DNA of 16,280 bases from Armatimonadota bacterium (GTDB taxonomy: Bacteria; Armatimonadota; UBA5829; DTLH01): positions 1-16,280 of the forward strand of contig JBDKSP010000058.1 of NCBI GenBank assembly GCA_039680575.1. Direction: 5' to 3'. Of the stretch, positions 15,101-16,280 are shown piece by piece (the stretch's first letter is position 1; the number at the start of each line of letters is the position of its first letter). Below the pieces are notes generated by a model. The model was not told where the DNA came from. It ran no database searches and saw only the letters and a program-made list of their open reading frames with translations. Both the position numbers and the translations under genes were made by a program.

Positions 15101-16280
15101 TGCAGCGACTGCATGGGATCCGGCAGTGAATCTTGGAGATTACCCGATAAAGTATTCGATCGTTAGGACAGGCAGCTACTACGACATCTTCGTAAATGGT
15201 ACGTACAAGAAAGGCCTGGGAGTAATGGCCGACATTCCCGGTGAGGCATACGTATTCCTGAACGGATTTGAGGCAGACGGCGCTGCCACACCGACTGTTG
15301 CTTATTACGACGAGATAAGAGCAGGGACTTCGATCCCTGTTACACCGACAACACTTACCGGTGCAAGAACTGCTGCTGATGGTTCGACAGTGAGCTTCTC
15401 AGGCGCAGTGGTAACAGCCAGCTATGACGACTGCTTCTTCGTAGAGAACACAGACCGCTCCGCGGGTATGAAAGTGATCTCCACCTCCAAACCGGCAGTA
15501 GGCAAGGTTGCGTTCATAGCAGGAAGTATAGTCAAAGCTGACAGTGAAGTAGCTATCAAGATGATAGATGCTGTATTCACAACTGATGCTAATGTGACAA
15601 CGCCTAAAGCTGTAGCAGTAACAGGCAAGGTTGCAGGAGAACTCGACAAGGTCGGAGCTGCTGCACAGGGAATGCTTGTCAAGGTTGCTGGAACAGTAAC
15701 CGGTGTCCACACAAATAGTGAAGATAAAGTAGACGGTTACTTCCTTGATGACGGAAGCGGCATCGTGGGAGACGGAGCCAACAAGGGAATCTTCGTTGAG
15801 ATGGACCCGGCCTGGGGTGTAACCGGCAGTATAGTAGGTAAGTTCAAGACTGTCGTAAGTCCGCTTACAGTAAAGAAGATAAATGACGTTGTTCTTCCTG
15901 CTGTAAAGGGTAAGCTCGACGAAATACCGTCGACCTTCACGGCATACAACGACTGCTCATGGTCGGATGGCCAGGTAAACACAAACATCACTACCTACGG
16001 AGCAGGCAGCGGTTTCAGTGGTTCGACGAGTGGATACCTGAAGGACTATGAATCAGGGTCTTCATTCCCTGTCACAGCTACACTCACTCAGTCCAGTACG
16101 ACATGGAACGCTACCGGAGGAGCCAACTTTGCAACAGGCACAGATGCAAACACCGCATTCGGCGGCAAGGTGGACTTCACCGGATACATCAATTGCCCGT
16201 CAACCAGTGCATATGTAACCCTTACATTCAGTGGACTGGACCCTACGGGGACATATGAGTTCGTGACATCAGCAAATGCA
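12114..16280 (+). CDS. Giant secreted multidomain surface/carbohydrate-binding protein (3'-truncated, >1389 aa)
   Basis: ATG 12114 after GAGGAGG/AAGGA. Signal peptide MRRNLRKSVYKITLISSMMMVLILCAGVSFA|Q. No in-frame stop found to the window end. Contains a DUF2341-like N-domain (WHYYVNV...RYYRVYFD), three carboxypeptidase-regulatory-like repeats, a GH2-N-like jelly roll (GWYRAIVNIPADW...YFNG), a DDFSG..LD..KW lectin-like domain and an OB-fold-like module (FFVENTDRSAGMKV...FLDDGSG). Confidence 0.88.
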   Translation, partial: MRRNLRKSVYKITLISSMMMVLILCAGVSFAQTDWTQWHYYVNVDVNTGPYARTATPVEMKINFTNYLSGTTLNPNSVRVVEFANGNRTGTPVEVYSQFDQGSGFDATANAAGEVVWILRGTPTDPNTTGLETGAGQTRYYRVYFDSNTAIEAPQYTTDLTYDSSTAGYPAIANDAYKATIYQARATIYKLENKLTGAMMWNATATTIPNGSVPTDNIGMYYGVNYYPDGKCFGCVNSGASLAVSANKAVRVTYTTYKTFSAFCAVNWVMKFYAGGVPYFKNEARISKSGSDAAWQNLQIYYNDSSSTKRTVCNEDTVANPINTSLKMPMSVVYDYDAAGVNGGIGHLMGGDTTITNSAAYNTSGSLRLLDSYLDRGAYWKFVNNPWIPATLNNAVMVHNGTDQATAKAAVDKSVEDYGYPVKIMIVGSSNNSTSYGSIGGKVTDAADASKAVKGVMVRLWVNDAYVGKTYTSAIGDYSFSNVPTGTAKISVKCDGYETLVVTGETIAAGTAATKDISLPSIIFASPVKFINLKNTTADGTWKLITDDVCKIYNSTLATTTPEEITALAGLTLDSSITTHDVTVPSAGTTGWNNFQPAANDVYGWYRAIVNIPADWAGKNLRLRGFAVDNSAEAYFNGVYSGRTSAFGAANGHGCPADFRIPASAVNPGEANILAIKCYNNGNAGGIYWGVPILEVAADTAAVTVNVKGPQLDTWNEPAVPIQGATIKFLGVTAGGKDAIAGTTDANGNCTFISIPGDVYTVTISHPNYGTKTLTNVDVPDTGELSIPVTYDYFLCTVAGTVTQNNAPLANARVFISNGDAYATALTGADGTYSASGLKPGDCLFSVNALRSIPVTDEPITVRLHQVAKSVDLPCGVTPVYDDFSGVSLDTNKWEYFNSAPAAGYESTNSTAALADGILKLEPVPVRGGIISKSTFPKCGTYEVVFPKMYEGVVNASNQCFVIIKDKVSGHKNIVDLQDQQYTAGATQSRIKVFFNAATAWDPAVNLGDYPIKYSIVRTGSYYDIFVNGTYKKGLGVMADIPGEAYVFLNGFEADGAATPTVAYYDEIRAGTSIPVTPTTLTGARTAADGSTVSFSGAVVTASYDDCFFVENTDRSAGMKVISTSKPAVGKVAFIAGSIVKADSEVAIKMIDAVFTTDANVTTPKAVAVTGKVAGELDKVGAAAQGMLVKVAGTVTGVHTNSEDKVDGYFLDDGSGIVGDGANKGIFVEMDPAWGVTGSIVGKFKTVVSPLTVKKINDVVLPAVKGKLDEIPSTFTAYNDCSWSDGQVNTNITTYGAGSGFSGSTSGYLKDYESGSSFPVTATLTQSSTTWNATGGANFATGTDANTAFGGKVDFTGYINCPSTSAYVTLTFSGLDPTGTYEFVTSANA

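Noticed and set aside
12603..15991. Short listed ORFs in 12.6-16 kb
   Set aside because: They are antisense or out-of-frame shadows of the giant + strand CDS starting at 12114.

Overview
This is a bacterial chromosomal window, most consistent with Armatimonadota (inferred from a stand-alone GerE-like LuxR protein, PEP-CTERM proteins, a DUF6777-like domain and a giant secreted multidomain protein). Gene order: DinG/YoaA Fe-S helicase (-); secreted hypothetical protein (+); clan GH-D (GH36-like) glycosidase (-); then on the + strand a 72-aa LuxR HTH protein, a CxxC/CxxC hypothetical, mraZ, a type IV pilin-like gene, two PEP-CTERM genes, an intrinsic terminator, a ~0.95 kb intergenic region, and a >1389-codon secreted protein that runs off the end and is missing from the ORF track. 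The most unusual part is 6.5-11.2 kb. There, mraZ is not followed by rsmH/ftsL/ftsI. MraZ-type GTGG 10-bp repeats overlap a consensus sigma70 promoter in front of an unknown Zn-ribbon-type gene. A dispersed TTAC-N10/11-AAACTC element recurs in the intergenic regions, including an ~80-bp duplicate and an exact 22-bp inverted copy. A ~125-nt Y-shaped RNA structure follows mraZ, and both PEP-CTERM genes have sigma54-type promoters. All family calls come from motifs recognised by eye; no searches were run.
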